Assembly (NCBI RefSeq): GCF_011386835.1
Contig: NC_088795.1
Location: 48,298,001 to 48,362,000 of the forward strand
Direction of reading: 5' to 3'
Length of the DNA stretch: 64,000 bases
DNA from: Chrysemys picta bellii
Lineage: Eukaryota
Below the pieces are notes generated by a model. That model worked only from the letters and a program-made list of their open reading frames with translations, did not search any database and was not told the DNA's origin. Shown one piece after another: positions 13,200 to 25,600 of the stretch (the first letter of the stretch is position 1; each line of letters opens with the position of its first letter). The translations under genes and the position numbers were made by a program.

Positions 13200-14501
13200 T
13201 CACACAGTAGCCTGGCCAGTAACAAAACTCGTTTTCAAAGCTTCTCTGATGCGCACCGCGCCCTGCTGTGCTCCTCTAACCGCCCTGGTGTCTGGCTGCG
13301 CGTAATCAGCGGCCAGGCGAGTTGCCTCAACCTCCCACCCCGCCATAAAGGTCTCCCCCTTACTCTCACAGATATTGTGGAGCGCACAGCAAGTAGCAAT
13401 AACAATGGGGATATTCTTTTCGCTGAGGTCTGAGCGAGTCAGTAAGCTGCGCCAGCGCGCTTTTAAACATCCAAATGCACATTCCACCACCATTCGGCAC
13501 TTGCTCAGCCTGTAGTTGAACAGGTCCTGACTCCTGTCCAGGCTGCCTGTGTACGGCTTCATGAGCCATGGCATTAAGGGGTAGGCTGGGTCCCCAAGGA
13601 TCACGATAGGCATTTCAACAACCCCAATGGTCACTTTCTGGTCCGGGAAGAAAGTCCCTTCCTCCAGCTTTCGAAACAGAGCAGAGTTCCTGAAGACGCG
13701 AGCATCATGTACCTTTCCCGGCCATCCCACGTTGATGTTGGTGAAACGTCCCTTGTGATCCACCAGGGCTTGCAGCAGCATTGAAAAGTACCCCTTGCGG
13801 TTTACGTAGTCGGTGGCTTGGTGCTCCGGTGACAAGATAGGGATATGGGTTCCGTCTATGGCCCCGCCACAGTTTGGGAATCCCATTTCAGCAAAACCAT
13901 CCACTATTGACTGCACGTTGCCCAGAGTCACTACCCTTGCTATCACCAGGTCTTTCATTGCCCTGGCAAATTGGATCACAGCAGCCCCCACCGTAGATTT
14001 GCCCACTCCAAATTGATTCCCGACTGACCGGTAGCTGTCTGGCATTGCAAGCTTCCACAGGGCTATCGCCACTCGCTTCTCAACTGTGAGGGCTGCTCTC
14101 ATCTTGGTATCCTGGCGTTTCAGGGCAGGGGAAAGCAAGTCACAAAGTTCCATGAAAGTGCCCTTACGCATGCAAAAGTTTCGCAGCCACTGGGAATCGT
14201 CCCATACGTGCAGCACGATGCGGTCCCACCAGTCTGTGCTTGTTTCCCGGGCACAGAATCGGCGTTCCACGGCATCAACCTGCCCCAGTGACACCATGAT
14301 TTCCACATTGCTGGGGCCTGTGCCTTGTGAGAGGTCTATGTCCATGTCAATTTCCTCATCACTCTCGTCGCCGCGCTGCAATCGCCTCCTCGCCTGGTCC
14401 GGGTTTCGCCTTGGCATGTCCTGGATCTGCATATACTCCAGGACAATGCGCGTGGTGTTCATAGTGCTCATAATTGCCGCGGTGATCTGAGCGGGCTCCA
14501 T
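13200..14501 (-). CDS. PIF/Harbinger DDE transposase (DDE_Tnp_4 / HARBI1-like family), 433 aa, open frame
   Basis: Motifs WDDSQW, HTH region (EKRVAIALWKLA...VGNQFGVGKSTV), GAIDGTH, NRKGYFS, GKVHDARVF, LGDPAYPL, FNYRLS..RMVVECAFG.LK.RW, CCALHNIC. Confidence 0.95.
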   Translation of the reverse strand: MEPAQITAAIMSTMNTTRIVLEYMQIQDMPRRNPDQARRRLQRGDESDEEIDMDIDLSQGTGPSNVEIMVSLGQVDAVERRFCARETSTDWWDRIVLHVWDDSQWLRNFCMRKGTFMELCDLLSPALKRQDTKMRAALTVEKRVAIALWKLAMPDSYRSVGNQFGVGKSTVGAAVIQFARAMKDLVIARVVTLGNVQSIVDGFAEMGFPNCGGAIDGTHIPILSPEHQATDYVNRKGYFSMLLQALVDHKGRFTNINVGWPGKVHDARVFRNSALFRKLEEGTFFPDQKVTIGVVEMPIVILGDPAYPLMPWLMKPYTGSLDRSQDLFNYRLSKCRMVVECAFGCLKARWRSLLTRSDLSEKNIPIVIATCCALHNICESKGETFMAGWEVEATRLAADYAQPDTRAVRGAQQGAVRIREALKTSFVTGQATV

Positions 14502-14547
14502 GATCCCAGTGCTAGCTATGGCGCCTGGTCAGAAAAAAGGCGCGAAA

Positions 14548-16261
14548 GTAGTATCTGATGGACCAGGAGAAGGAGGGAGGGCGGGAGGGAGGGAGGGCCG
14601 AGTGACGACATGGCGTACAGGTACAGGAACAGGGAGAAACACAAACAACTGTCACACAGAATGGTCCCCCCAAAGATTAAACTGAAAACCCTGGGCTTAG
14701 CAGGCCATTGATTTCACGGAGGAAGGGGAAGCAAATGAATACAGAACAAATCTATTTTTTACATCTTAAGCTGGCAGCGGACGGTGCAGCATGAGTGATA
14801 GCCTCTCCAGTACGATGACGATGGGTACCAATCATAAAATACCATCATCTGCCAAAAGGCAAGGGGCTGCTGCTGTGTAGCAATGCAGCCCCACATCTGC
14901 CAGCCCCACGTCCGCCAGCACCCAGCATCGCCCTCGGCCTCTTCTGGGTGCTTAGCAGACAATACTGGGCAATTGGCAGAAAATAGTATATTACGACTGG
15001 TAGCCATCATCATCGAAACAGTAGCATGTCTGCCCAGGTGGCCATGATTGACAGCCACACCAATACGACGATGACGGGACCAGTCATAATATACCATCGC
15101 CTGGCAAGGGGCTGGTGCAATGCAGCCCTACGGCTGCCAGCCCCATGGCTATCACTCATGCTACACCGTCTACCGCCAAAAGGCAGTTAGCAGCTGCTGC
15201 TGTGTAGCAATGCAGTCCCACGTCTGCCGGCACCCAGAGGACATATGGTGACGGTGAGCTCAGCTGAGCTGAGCGGGCTCCATGCTTGCCGTGGTATGTT
15301 GTCTGCACAGGTAACCCAGGTAAAAAGGCGTGAATCTATTGTCTGCGTTGCTGTGACGAGGGGGGAGGGGCCTGACGACATGTACCCAGAACCGCCCGCG
15401 ACACTGTTTTGCATCATCCGGGCATTGGAATCTCAACCCAGAATTCAAAGAAAAGGCGCGAACCGCTTCTCGGCTCTCTGAGCTGTGGCGCAAACGTAGT
15501 ATCTGACGGACTAGGGGAAGGAGGGAGGGCGGGCCGAGTGACGACATGGCGTACAGGCACAGGGAATTAAAATCAAGAACGGTGGCTGTGCATCAGGGAG
15601 AAACACAAACAACTGTCACACAGAATGGTCCCCACCAAAGATTAAACTGAAAACCCTGGGCTTAGCAGGCCGTTGATTTGACGGAGGGAGGGGGAAGCAA
15701 ATGAATACAGAGCAAATCTATTTTTTACATCTTAAGACGACGGTGCAGCGTGACTGATAGCCCTCGGCATCTTTCTGCGTGCTTGGCAGCAAATACGGGG
15801 CGGCGTATGACGATGGTCTTCAGGCCTATTGCACAATCGGCTGCTCGGGGAAGACTCTGCTAACGTGCGATGACCCTACTTGTAATAGGACGGCTAATAG
15901 TCGTAATACACCATTTACTGCCAAAAGGCAAGCCCCACGGCTGCCAGCACCCAGATCGCCGATGAAGGCTACCAGTCTACTGCACCGTCTACCGCCAAAA
16001 GGCAGTTAGCAGCTGCTGCTGTGTAGCAATGCAGTCCCACGTCTGCCGGCACCCAGAGGACATACGGTGACGGTGAGCTCAGCTGAGCGGGCTCCATGTT
16101 GTCTGCACAGGTAACCCAGGTAACCCAGGTAAAGAGGCGCGAATCTATTGTCTGCCGTTGCTGTGACGGGGGAGGGAGGGGCCTGGCAACATGTACCCAG
16201 AACCGCCCGCGACACTGTTTTGCATCATCCGGGCATTGGGATCTCAACCCAGAATTCAAAG
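14548..16261. repeat. Imperfect tandem duplication inside the Harbinger, upstream of the transposase (units about 14548-15450 and 15496-16261)
   Basis: Block 14548-14803 matches 15496-15762 and block 15164-15450 matches 15983-16261, with small indels; the middle parts differ and carry sub-repeats. Confidence 0.9.
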
Positions 16262-19204
16262 GGGCGGCGGAGACTGCGGGAACTGTGGGATAGCTGTGGG
16301 ATAGCTACCCATAGTGCAATGCTCCGGAAGTCGACGCTAGCCTTGTACTGTGGACGCGGTCCGCCGACTAGAGCACCTAGAGCATTTTATTGTGTGGACA
16401 CACACAATCGGCTGTATACAACCGATTTCAATAAAACCGGCTTCTATAAATTCGAACTAATTTCGTAGTGTAGACGTACCCTTAGATAAGGCATTGGACT
16501 ATAGAATCAGATAACTCCAAAGCAACCAGTTGCTGGTTCCTAACCTTTGAACCATGGTTTTGTTTTGTTTTATCACCTTAGCTAACCCTCATTGTTTGTG
16601 TGCTCGTTCCCTGAACCCACATAAAGACCAGTTGTAATACTAGAAATTGAAGATGAGCTTGTTCTCTCTCTCTGATCTTTACAACTTAAGATTCCAGTAT
16701 TATAGAACAAGAGTGTTGGAGGAGATCTGGGAAGTAACAGCAAAAGATTCAATTCCATTAGGGGAATCTTCCCTTGATGTGATTTCATGAGAGAGAGTGT
16801 ACAGTTATGTGAAATTTAAAATGATTTTTTTTCTATTTCTACAAATGTGATTTTTTTCTCAGTCAATGGGGATTTTCCCAAAGTTCACAATTTTAATTAA
16901 TTAATTAGATTCTCTACAGATGTCTCTGAAGATTCTGAAGCAGCATTTGCCATTTCATTTTAAATTTTTAGTTTGAAAATTGGCTTGATTATATAGTGGA
17001 AGTTGAATTTTTGAAGACGTGTTATTTTTCCTGGTTCTCTTTTTGGCAATGACCGCTTTGTATGCTCAGGAGGATCTACAGGAGCCATTCTGACTTATTT
17101 TCTCAGTGCTTGCATTTTATGTTCAGTCTCTCCTTAAGTCAGTCAAAAAGAAAAATAGTGTGCCTGTTTATTTTTCCAGTAGCTACAGGTTTTGAAGTTT
17201 CCTTCACAATTTGTTAGTGGGTTTTTATAGATCATGTGGTTTTGCTGCAGATGAATTTTATTGCACCACTCTACTCTAGATTACTAGGTACAAGTGACTT
17301 TTTTTAGCATTAATTATTGTTGATGTGTTATTACAGTTCCTTTATTTAATATTTTGAAGATTTGTAGCAGGGTTTCTGATTCACTAGATAAAAGATTTCT
17401 ATGATAACTATTCTTATCCTATTATTTTCAAAACTGTGGGAGAGGGTTAGTATACTTAGCTATTAAATTTACTTGAGATTTAATTCGAATAGCAGCTTAG
17501 TGTGTACAAAGAATAAGAACAGACCCTCTTCAACCCTAATATAGCACAAGCATGTAAATAGTGGGTATCTTTCACAATACCATTCTTACATTTAATAAAT
17601 ATCTTTTCTTTCATAAACATCTTGCTGAGGTTCATATGGAAAATTTAAGAATATCTGAAATTGTGAAATACAGGATGAAAATATTTTATGAATGAAGTAT
17701 TTTAGATGATGTTATGTTTCACATAATTTGAAGACATTATGTAATATGGTGCCTCTGATAGTCCGACATTCCAACACGCAAAAAGTGAAACCATAGCACA
17801 TACTCTGGCTTTCAAACCATCAGACCCCCTGGGGAGATATCCAAATATGGATTACAGTACAGTATGTGGACACAAGAGTTGTATGTGGGATTCGCTTCCA
17901 GCTGTCAAAGATGGAAAGTATCAGTAAACAATATCTTCTATGCTAGTGTCAGACAAGTTGAAGATGCCTTCAGTTCTTAATTTACTCTAGGAATTGGCAG
18001 AAAATAATTTCAGTATCTCTTTCTACCTGACATTACAAGGACACAATTATGAGGTCTTTAAAGGAAAATGACATTGTATTTTGGATTTTATTTGTTTCTC
18101 ACACTGGAAGAGCAGAAAATACAAATATACAAAATAGTTAATTTGCTTATTGACCTCACTTTTTCAGTCAGATTTACAAAGTGCAATTTTTGTTGCAATT
18201 ATTATTTTTTCCAGATTTCAAGCTATACAATAAGTTGGAGTATGTGTATAAATATATATTATAAATCAGAAGCTACTGCTAATAATGTGCCAGCTTTTCC
18301 TTTTCTTAGGTTATGTAGGCATACTCTAATCTATCTTCCTCTGTTTTGACACTGTAATCCTTTCCTAGCAATGTCACATGCAGTTTAATTCTGCTTCTCC
18401 TGTGTTTTTTTTTTTTTTGCTTAAATTGCTATAATCAGTGCAAATACTTCCTCATTTACATGCATTTCCCTCTGTGTAAGCATATGCATACAAATCTGCA
18501 GAAAATAGTTTCTCCAAATGCATTTCAAATCACTAGAGTAAAATATCTAATGACAAATGGCATGACAAGACAAGAGTAAAAAATTGGGTACCTTATATAT
18601 ATATATATGTACTTAAAGCAGAATAGGAATTACTGCACATTGTCATTTCATATTATACAGAACAAAAATGAGGGTGCTTTTATTTATTTTATTATTGGCT
18701 TTCTTATGGTGTTGATCAAGGAAATATCTGAGAACATCAAAAACTTTAATGGTTTATCCTCCTGTAAGGTAGAAAATTGTTCCCATCCATACAATGGAGA
18801 TGATTTTTCTTCAATTAGAAAAAAATCAAATGTAAGTTTCATTTCTGCAATACAATAATACAAAAACAAAACAAAAATAATTTAAAACTATGGCATATTT
18901 TCTTCTATATTTATAATACAATGGATTAATACTCTATGATTTGTTCAGTCATATGTCTTCTCTTTAAAACATTTACTTAATCAGGTGCCAAATTTATCCG
19001 TGAAATAAGGTGCAACTCCCACTGACTTCAGTGATCAATTTGATGCCAAAATTTAGTTATACCAGAAAGAAGGATTTACTGAAAATATAACAACCATTGG
19101 ACAAATCCTTTTCAGTTTTGTCCAAGAAGGGTTGCCATTTTCAAACAGATTTTTTTAGATGTTTATGCATCACATACCACACATTTAATTGTAACTAAGC
19201 TTTC

Positions 19205-19472
19205 AGTAAAAACAACGGGAAGTCCTTGTGGCAACCTTAGAGACTAACACATTTATTTGGGCATAAGCTTTCATGGGCTATAACCCACTTCATCAGATGC
19301 ATGAAGTGAAAAATACAGTAGGCAGGTATAAATATACAGCACATGAAAAGATGGGAGTTGCCTTACCAAGCGGGGGGTCAGTGCTAACAAGGCCAATTCA
19401 ATCAGGGTGGATGTGGCCCATTCTCAACAGTTGACAAGAAGATGTGAGTATCAACAGAAGGAAAATTACTGT
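19205..19472 (-). mobile_element. Penelope-like element (PLE) pseudo-LTR fragment
   Basis: Same sequence family as the inserts at 42905 and 49868 (GTGGCA(A)CCTTAGAGACTAAC...GCATAAGCTTTC); carries a hammerhead motif; the right boundary is approximate. Confidence 0.75.
19261..19300 (-). ncRNA. Minimal type I hammerhead ribozyme motif
   Basis: Minus strand: GCAU-CUGAUGA-A-GUGGGU-uaua-GCCCAU-GAAA-GCU-U-AUGC. Canonical core, stem I GCAU/AUGC, stem II with two G-U pairs, palindromic AGCU stem III. Confidence 0.8.
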
Positions 19473-22400
19473 TGAAGAGCTCTGTATATAAAGTAAGAGG
19501 TTTGCCATGTAACTTTGGCCTATACCTGCCCCTTATACTTGAGTCTAATCAATTCATTGTATGCCAGATAAAGGAACCTAAGTAATGATACTGGAGTCAA
19601 ACTGAGTTCTTGGGAAAGCAAGTGGAAGAGGTCTCAGGGAACCCCAACACCATGTATCCTGATATGGCTGCACCCACTTTAGGCAGTCATCCAACTCCTC
19701 CCCAGCAACAGAGACTTTTTTCTGTCCCATCTACTTGCTATATATGGCAGCCATTGTGCTACAGATGACATTGATGGAGGCACAGAGAATCCCTGCCTAA
19801 ACTGACAAGTCTTGAAAGGCCTGAACATCAACCCTCTGAAAATAAGGCCACTTCAAGGTGACTCACATTTGGTACCCACCAGATTTACTAGTTATCTTTG
19901 CATATTTAGTGCTGTATATTTAAGATGTTTTCAGTGAGATCCCAAGCTACACATACACAATTAGAGGCAGATAGAAATTTTAAACACACAAAAATTGAAG
20001 GGCTGCTGCTAATTTGAGTCTTAGGTTGTTACTGTCAATCTGCCTTTACAAAGGCTGTGATCTCTTTGCAGAAACAGTGTCATCATTCAACATATCTCTG
20101 GGCAGACTAATCTGTCTTTCAGCTCATTGAAAAAAGAATGAGTCAAAGATAATTTAATCTCAGCAATGACAACTCATGTTTTAGCATGAAAATATACATG
20201 TGTATATTAAAGCCATAGAATCCAGTTTAAGATATTCAGAAACTTTCTATGGTTCCCTGATTCTTAAATTCTTCACAAAGAAAAGCTGCCTGGGGAAATG
20301 ACATAAAAGGAAAATTCTCTATTTGTCAGCTGAGGCAGAAGAAAGACATGAGTCCCAGCTTCTGAGACTGATGTCACAAACATTTAAACAGCTGTCAGAA
20401 CCAGTTCAGACAGTCATCAGGCTTGACCTTAAACCCAGTTTAGTTTTTAAATGTTAGGGGGGAAAAAAGCAAAAACCACACAGTGAAGTTACACAGCTGC
20501 CTGAAATATTAAGTGAAAGGAATGAACATCTGTTCAGTTGCTCTTCACATTTTAATGGCTTGGAGAGAGATTCTGTTGTCTTAGATCTTTAAGAACATCT
20601 GAGACCCATACAGCTTCAGCACCTGTGAAAGATCCTTCCTCAAAACATGCATCGACTTCAAAGCTTATTACTCCTGGGTTTTTTGGGGTTTTTTTTTGCC
20701 AAACATATGTTGCCAAACAACACAGCAAAATATTAATAATATTTAGGATGTCTCTGACTTTTGTGTAGTGAATGTTTTGACAGAACACCAAAATACTATT
20801 TGAGTCTCAGTAAACTTGTAATTTGAAATGTCAGCAAGATTCTGTGCTCCGAGAAATAGCTAGAAATTGATTGAAGAGGACATAAGAAATGTTTTAGATT
20901 TATTAATGTACTAGGCATCTTTAGAAGTATAAGATTATTGTTTTATGAATTCCATATATTGAAGGTACAATACAGATAAGATGTTTTGGTTTCTTTGTTG
21001 TTGATTACTAAGCATTTTTACTTTTAATTTTCAATCTTTTATCTCATAGTTGTTAGCATTTGTTCATAATAAACTTCAAGGCACTGCCACAGTGGTGTAT
21101 AAAGCACTTCTTACATCCAAAGAAAACCCAGGTTAAAATTAGTGCATCAGTTTCTCAATTAGTATGAAAATAAGACATAACATGAGGTATCTTAGAGGTA
21201 TCTGTTCAAAGTGAAACTGCAGAGGACACTATCTCAGCTGTTACCACAGCTGAATTCATTGTGGAACTGATATTCAAATCCTTACTCATAGAGTGGGAAA
21301 AAACCCTCCCATTGATTTCAATTGGAGATTTGGGACTGCAGGATCAGGCTTTATAAACACCATTGAAGCCAAAACTTAAAACATACCTGTTGTGTTTCAT
21401 AGTATCAGCTCTTGTAAGCAGGCTAAAGGGAAATCTCTCACTGAACAGCCTATTACGAACATGGCTATTATTTTTTAAATTCTTACATATTTCTCAGTTG
21501 TCTTTCACATGTCTTTATATTCTTCCCCTTTTTTCATAAAGGGCTAGATTCTGATATTAAGTGATACTATTCCATGGGCATTAAAATTGAAGAAAATAAA
21601 ACTATTCCTGGTGTAAGGAATTACTCAATCTGAGAATATAGCCCTTATGAATGCTAAATATTACTATAATCAAGTACAAGACAAAAATGATAGAAGTCAC
21701 TTTGCCTTTTATGAATATTGTTGCTCTTAACTGGAGCTGATAGATTTTTTTTTTTTTTGCATGAAAACTGTTCCCATTGGAAAATCTGGTTTAATTTTAA
21801 TTGACCTGTTTTGTAGTAAAATATCAATTTTGATTACTTTTTTGATTTTCTGATAAGGAGAATTGAAACAAAAATGTTCATTTTCAAATTGATATTTCAA
21901 AACAAAAAAACATCTTTTTGTTTTAAAATATTGATTCCAAACAAACTTTTTATTTTGAAATGTCAATTTGAAATGATAGTTTGTTTAGAGATTTATTGAA
22001 AAAAAAAGTGCCATTTAGAAATGCCATTTTGAACCAAAAAAAGTTGTCACGAGTCAACATATCAAATTTGTTTTGTTTTTGATTGAAAATATGGACTTTG
22101 TTTTCTTAAAGGTTTCAATATTTTGACTTTTCATTCTGATGCAGAATAGAAAGTAATTTTGAAATGCTGAAATTTCCCTTTTTCAAACAGCTGTCTTTAT
22201 AACACTATTTGAAGAGCTCTGCTTATCTCCATATGCACTGTATGTCTTAGGGTCAGATTGTGCCTCCTTTTCTCAAGTTGAGTGATTCCTTACCCTGCAG
22301 AATGACATTGAAGTCAATAGAATCAAAGGCAGAATTAGGTAGCACTCAATGTCAGGATGGTAGAATAGGCACCTACTGTTTAAAACAGAACTTTCTGGTT

Positions 22401-24341
22401 CATTTGAAGAGATATTAGTTAGGGTCAAAAAAAGAGTGTGGAGACTAAAAAAAAAAGATATCCAGATAGATCATAATTCCCTCCTTATCGTAATAGTATT
22501 AAATGAATCATTCTGACCTGTACAGAATGATTGTACCACACCAGTGCTTTATAGCTGGGGGTGTGGTGGGGAAGAGGAAAATTGCTGCAAAAGGGGACAA
22601 GGGGACAGCGGGGTCGGGAACCAAATGGGCAGAGGATTTAAAAGGGGTAGCCCTGTGAGTGAAGCCCCCTTTTAGATGGAGCAGGCTGAGACCTGTACAG
22701 AACTGGTCTTCCACAGTTTGAGGATTCACATGGTGTGGAAAACACATTTAACTACCGCCAGGCTAATTCTTTCATCTGTTTCTGGAAACCCATTTGTGGT
22801 CTTTTACATTTGCAATAAAATTTACTTGAGATAGACAGAAGGTAGAACAAACTATCCTTTTTCTCTTCATTCATGTAATTAATATCATGCTATTATACAT
22901 CAAATAAACTATCACAGCTTAAATGCATTCAAACAATAATCCTAGCTAGCATAGAGCTGTAGACAGATAATCCTTCCGATCAACATGTACTGTCACATCC
23001 TGAAAGTCATTTCTGGAGCCATTAAAAATCTCTGCCATATCTTCTGTGGAAAATGCCATTTTCATACTGCATGAAGAATTCTCTTCAACTTTCCTCCCTC
23101 CCTCTCTGATACTCAAATCCTCACTCAGGGGAAGGGGTTTAGGATTTTAGGATCAGGCAATATACACACCATTGAAGCCAAAGGTTGCAGTGTGGTCCCC
23201 AAACTTTGACTGGATTCGGGAAGAGGAGATCCTGGGGCACAACCTAATTTCCTCTCCTCACTAGGGGAGAGGTGGAAGACCTCAACTGGGGAAGGAGAAA
23301 TGCATTGTAGAACATGTGTTTAAATACATACCTAACCATATAGAGTTGTCCACATATTTTATATTATCTGTAGAATTCAAAGAATGGAGGGAGTCGGGTA
23401 AAGTGGTGGCAAATTTCCATACATTTTGCCACGTTTCCAATGTCCCTTGAGGATTTATCGGTTCACAGTGGTCTTGCCAAATGTAATGGTAGAGGTCTGT
23501 GTAATCAGGAACATAAGATACTAAATGTTATGTTGTGTGAGTGACTTATTATGAGAGAAAGATCTAGGAGTTTGAGTGTTTTGAAGTATGGTATATCAGA
23601 TTACCCAATCTCTGCTAGATTTTATCTGAACAATATAAGAATTAGCAAAAGATCTGGTGAAACAGAGTTCTCAGTCTGAGGTATAATACATTCGATGCCT
23701 GCCTCCAGTGAAGTTTCTCAGGCACTTCTCTTAATTTAAGAATAATGTTACCAAGCTTGTTCCAGTGCTCCAAACAGATATCTCAGAGGACACAGAATTC
23801 TCCAGCCAGTCTTTCCCTCCCCGTGAATGTGGGCAGCAAAGATGCTCTCTTCAGGAGATGCCAAATGGCTTCCAACCACTTCAGGCTAATTTTTCTGTTT
23901 CCCAGTTTCTAGTTCTACCTAATAAATATTTTAGTTTGTATTTAATACATTTAAAATAAAAAGAAAAAATTGACTATATGGTTCTGAGGTGTCAGTCCTT
24001 TCAGGGCTCAGCTCCCCTCTGGTTTCAAGGTAGCACCTGGCTTCCAGGCACAGATTAGAAGCAGACAATTAAGGATTTTCTTCTTCTTCTTCTTCGAGAT
24101 TTGTGTTTTTTATGTTCATTCTACAGACTCTTCGCAGATTGAGATTGAGAAGCATCACTGACCAGGTTCCAGCCTTCTACCAGACTATTCTGTGTGTCAT
24201 TGGACACTTCATGTGTTGTGTAGATGTCAAACACTCTATAGTGATGATGCACCCTGACGATATGATGCCACATATGTGGCACCAAGAGTGGCCAGCTTCA
24301 ATGAACTGTGCACCTCTTCCTCAGAAGAGGCGAACTGGAAA

Positions 24342-24776
24342 TGAACATATGCCTGGGCAGGGAAAAGCCAGAGGAAATTCCAGTAGAAGTCCACAGTGGT
24401 CATAATGTGCAAATCAGTAATCCAATCAGAATACAGGGTCAAAAGACTAACCAAACCATGTAGTAGCTGGTTCCCACGGAAGCTTCTGTTATCTGGCACT
24501 CATCCATATCTGCACTTAGATCTGGTAAAGTGAATGATTAGAGACTTGGGGCTGAAGGAGTCTTAACCTATTCTAAAATTGTAAATGGATAAGAAGCCTG
24601 ACTCTATGGCATGGAGCCGGGTATGGAATGTGAGCACCTAGTTGGCCACTTCTGGTAAATAGAACTGGTGCTGCAGGATGAATGGAAGACTGGGTTAAGG
24701 CATCCGATAATGATGCTCATTAGACCCAGAAAAGGTGTTTGTTGACACAGACAGGATGGTGGGCCATAGAAGTTGG
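24342..24776 (+). pseudogene. Decayed internal fragment of 28S (LSU) rRNA
   Basis: Collinear similarity to remembered conserved vertebrate 28S segments: TGAAC-ATGCCTGGGCAGGG..AAGCCAGAGGAAA, AAAGACTAA...AACCAT.TAGTAGCTGGTTCCC, AATGATTAGAG..TTGGGGC.GAA, GGTAA..AGAACTGG.GCTGC.GGATGAA, CCAGAAAAGGTGTT.GTTGA. Many CpG>TpG/CpA changes. Confidence 0.85.
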
Positions 24777-25329
24777 TCCAAGTGGTACATATGTCAACAT
24801 GGAAAGTTTAGCTGGGCTCTATATGAGGTGACTCCTCTGATATCAATCCAGGACAAGTAAGACTATGTGGGATGTAGCCTTCCATTTGTCATTCCTGAGA
24901 ACTGGGGGAAAGGAGAGCAGGACATTAGTGAACCAGTGAGCTCTCATGTCCAAAAGAACTCTGTGCTATATGAGATATGACAGCCTAGAGGTGGAAGAAC
25001 TCTACTCAGATCTCAGGCATGATAGGCAATTTCAATGTCCTGACAGAAGCTAGAAGCTCCCCACAGTGGAGACACTTTATACTCGATGCTTGGTACTTTA
25101 ATCTCCTTATTAAAGGGAGAAATCCAATGGCATAAGCACTGCATTAGTAACTGAGGCACTAAGTAGTGGGTTCTAGTGTCTCAGAGACACTGTCCACTTC
25201 CTTCAAAGTTTGTTTTTGTTTTGTTTTTTTCTTGTAGTGATAGTTCCTTAAGCAGACCTGATCACAGGCCAAACAGGACAATGTTTTTATATCTATGAGT
25301 AGTGAGGAATAATTTCTCATTTAAACAAA

Positions 25330-25437
25330 GAGCCTGATTCTGCTCTGGCATACCAGTTTTACATGTGTGTAAATTCCACTAAAATCAAAGGAGTTACTCC
25401 TATTTACATTTGGGTAAGTGAAGTCAGAATCAAGCCC
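25330..25437. mobile_element. Short MITE of the GGGCCTGATTCT-terminus family
   Basis: Ends GAGCCTGATTCTG / rc GGGCTTGATTCTG. Confidence 0.5.
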
Positions 25438-25518
25438 AATGTGTAGTAAACTTGTGAAGCTCCCTGCAACAGGATATTATTGAGGTAGCTTAGGGAATTT
25501 TAAAATAAAATAGTATTA

Positions 25519-25521
<3 letters not shown>

Positions 25522-25597
<76 letters not shown>
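25522..25597. repeat. (AT)n microsatellite, about 38 units
   Basis: Uninterrupted AT dinucleotide run. Confidence 0.98.

Positions 25598-25600
<3 letters not shown>

Larger units (their letters stand above)
10938..16481. mobile_element. Full-length PIF/Harbinger DNA transposon (5544 bp)
   Basis: TTA TSD at 10935-10937 and 16482-16484; TIRs GGCCTGGTCTACACTACG / rc GGGTACGTCTACACTACG (14/18); encodes a DDE transposase and a convergent Myb/SANT-like gene; visibly more CpG-rich than its flanks. Confidence 0.95.

Noticed and set aside
12521-14490. Antisense ORFs 12521-12919 (-), 13813-14016 (+) and 14086-14490 (+)
   Set aside because: They shadow real GC-rich coding sequence on the opposite strand and have no recognisable motifs.
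13200-14501. Domesticated host gene HARBI1
   Set aside because: The ORF lies within TIRs and a TTA TSD, next to a convergent Myb-like partner, which marks a transposon copy and not the single-copy host gene. No gene symbol was assigned.
21729-22180. AT-rich stretch with many TTTTG/GAAAT motifs as a structured element
   Set aside because: Likely an old non-autonomous DNA element, but ends and TSD could not be defined.
21339-23182. ~35-nt near-repeat (AGGATCAGGC...ACACCATTGAAGCCAAA) about 1.8 kb apart
   Set aside because: Probably two remnants of the same abundant MITE family; there is no further shared sequence to suggest a segmental duplication or an element boundary.
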